64,000 nucleotides of DNA from an uncultured delta proteobacterium. Its GTDB lineage: Bacteria; Desulfobacterota; RBG-13-43-22. The translations under genes were made by a program, and so were the position numbers. Of the stretch, positions 63,148 through 64,000 are shown piece by piece (positions within the stretch are counted from its first letter, which is position 1; the number at the start of each line of letters is the position of its first letter). The stretch spans positions 128,001 to 192,000 of the forward strand of contig CAWBOS010000001.1 of NCBI GenBank assembly GCA_963790475.1. Direction: 5' to 3'. The notes below the pieces were generated by a model. It made no database searches. It saw only the letters and a list, made by a program, of their open reading frames with translations, and was not told where the DNA came from.

Positions 63148-64000
63148 TTGCCACCCGATTTAAAAAAAAGGGGAAATCAGGTTCAACCTGCGGAAGTTCA
63201 GACCCATCCCTCCTTGGCAACAGGGCCGATCCGGGGTTGGGTAGGGCCGTTTATCTCGTTGAGGAATCCAGATTTTCGATGGTTTTTGGTTGCCATATCA
63301 GGTTTTTTTAATGGGATGCAAATGGGAGTGGTCGCTCAGGGCTGGCTGGTTTACACGCTGACTGACTCCGCTCTGGCACTTGGACTCATCTCAGTCGCCT
63401 GGGGTTTTCCTTTGATACTGTTTTCCCTTTTCGGGGGGATGGTAGCGGACCGAATGCCCAAAAGAAATCTGATCATCGTTACCCAGGGGGTTGTTTGTTT
63501 TCTTTCCTTGATAATGGCTGTTCTGGTAACAACGGGATTGGTCCGATTTTGGCACCTGATACTCGGCTCTGTCTTGTCAGGGACGATAATGGCCTTTAGT
63601 CTTCCGGCTCGTCAGGCCTTTATCAGTGAGGTGGTCAGCCAGTGGGAACTGCTTAACGCCATTGCCCTCAATTCAGCGGTCATGAATGTCTGCCGGATCG
63701 TTTCTCCGGCCCTGGCCGGTATTCTGTTGAAACTGATAGGAATACCAGGCGTTTATTGGATCATTTTCACTTCGTATTCTGTTGGAGCTATTTTTCTAAC
63801 CCGGATAAGGTCAAGGGCTGTGCCTCCCGAAAGGCCGATCATATCTAAAAGGGAACAACTCCTCTCCGGTTTGCATTACGTTCGCGGTCAGGCCATTCTT
63901 CTTATCCTTATGGTTATTGCTTTTGTCGCTCTGATAGTTGGTTCGCCTTATCAGATGCTGATGCCTGTTTTCGCCCGGGACGTATTCAAAGCTGGTGGAA
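63148..64000 (+). CDS. MFS transporter (DHA3/MFS_3-like), 3'-partial
   Basis: Frame translated by hand: SLRNPDFRW..QGWLVYTLTDSALALG..GGMVADRMPKR..PARQAFI..NAIALNS; runs off the window. Confidence 0.88.
   Translation, partial: MPPDLKKRGNQVQPAEVQTHPSLATGPIRGWVGPFISLRNPDFRWFLVAISGFFNGMQMGVVAQGWLVYTLTDSALALGLISVAWGFPLILFSLFGGMVADRMPKRNLIIVTQGVVCFLSLIMAVLVTTGLVRFWHLILGSVLSGTIMAFSLPARQAFISEVVSQWELLNAIALNSAVMNVCRIVSPALAGILLKLIGIPGVYWIIFTSYSVGAIFLTRIRSRAVPPERPIISKREQLLSGLHYVRGQAILLILMVIAFVALIVGSPYQMLMPVFARDVFKAGG

Overview
Bacterial DNA, most likely from an anaerobic Desulfobacterota (deltaproteobacterial) genome (inferred from gene content: tungsten-type AOR, acyl-CoA metabolism, DUF362, HD-GYP/GGDEF proteins, groESL with CIRCE). 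The window is a mosaic of about 55 unrelated single genes, short operons and gene fragments, and the great majority are on the + strand. Three things stand out. (1) A dispersed intergenic repeat family of up to about 250-320 bp (7 long copies, 2 sister copies, several partial copies). It starts at a GGGGTC/GGG(G)CAAATCTTAAACC junction just downstream of one gene, and intact copies end in a sigma70 promoter (TTGACC/TTGCCC-17 bp-TATACT) aimed at the next gene. Many genes are truncated or fused at GGGGTC-type junctions, which suggests a promoter-supplying gene-capture array. No recombinase is encoded in the window. (2) A MerB-like organometallic lyase split into three pieces by two in-frame TGA codons. 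These fall at the positions of the two catalytic cysteines and one has a clear SECIS-like hairpin, so it is probably a double selenoprotein. (3) A glycyl radical enzyme of unknown type clustered with two SDRs, an SCP2 sterol-carrier domain and an acyl-CoA ligase. Several single-base frameshifts (groEL, the GRE) look like sequencing errors. All annotations come from motif recognition by eye; no database searches were run.
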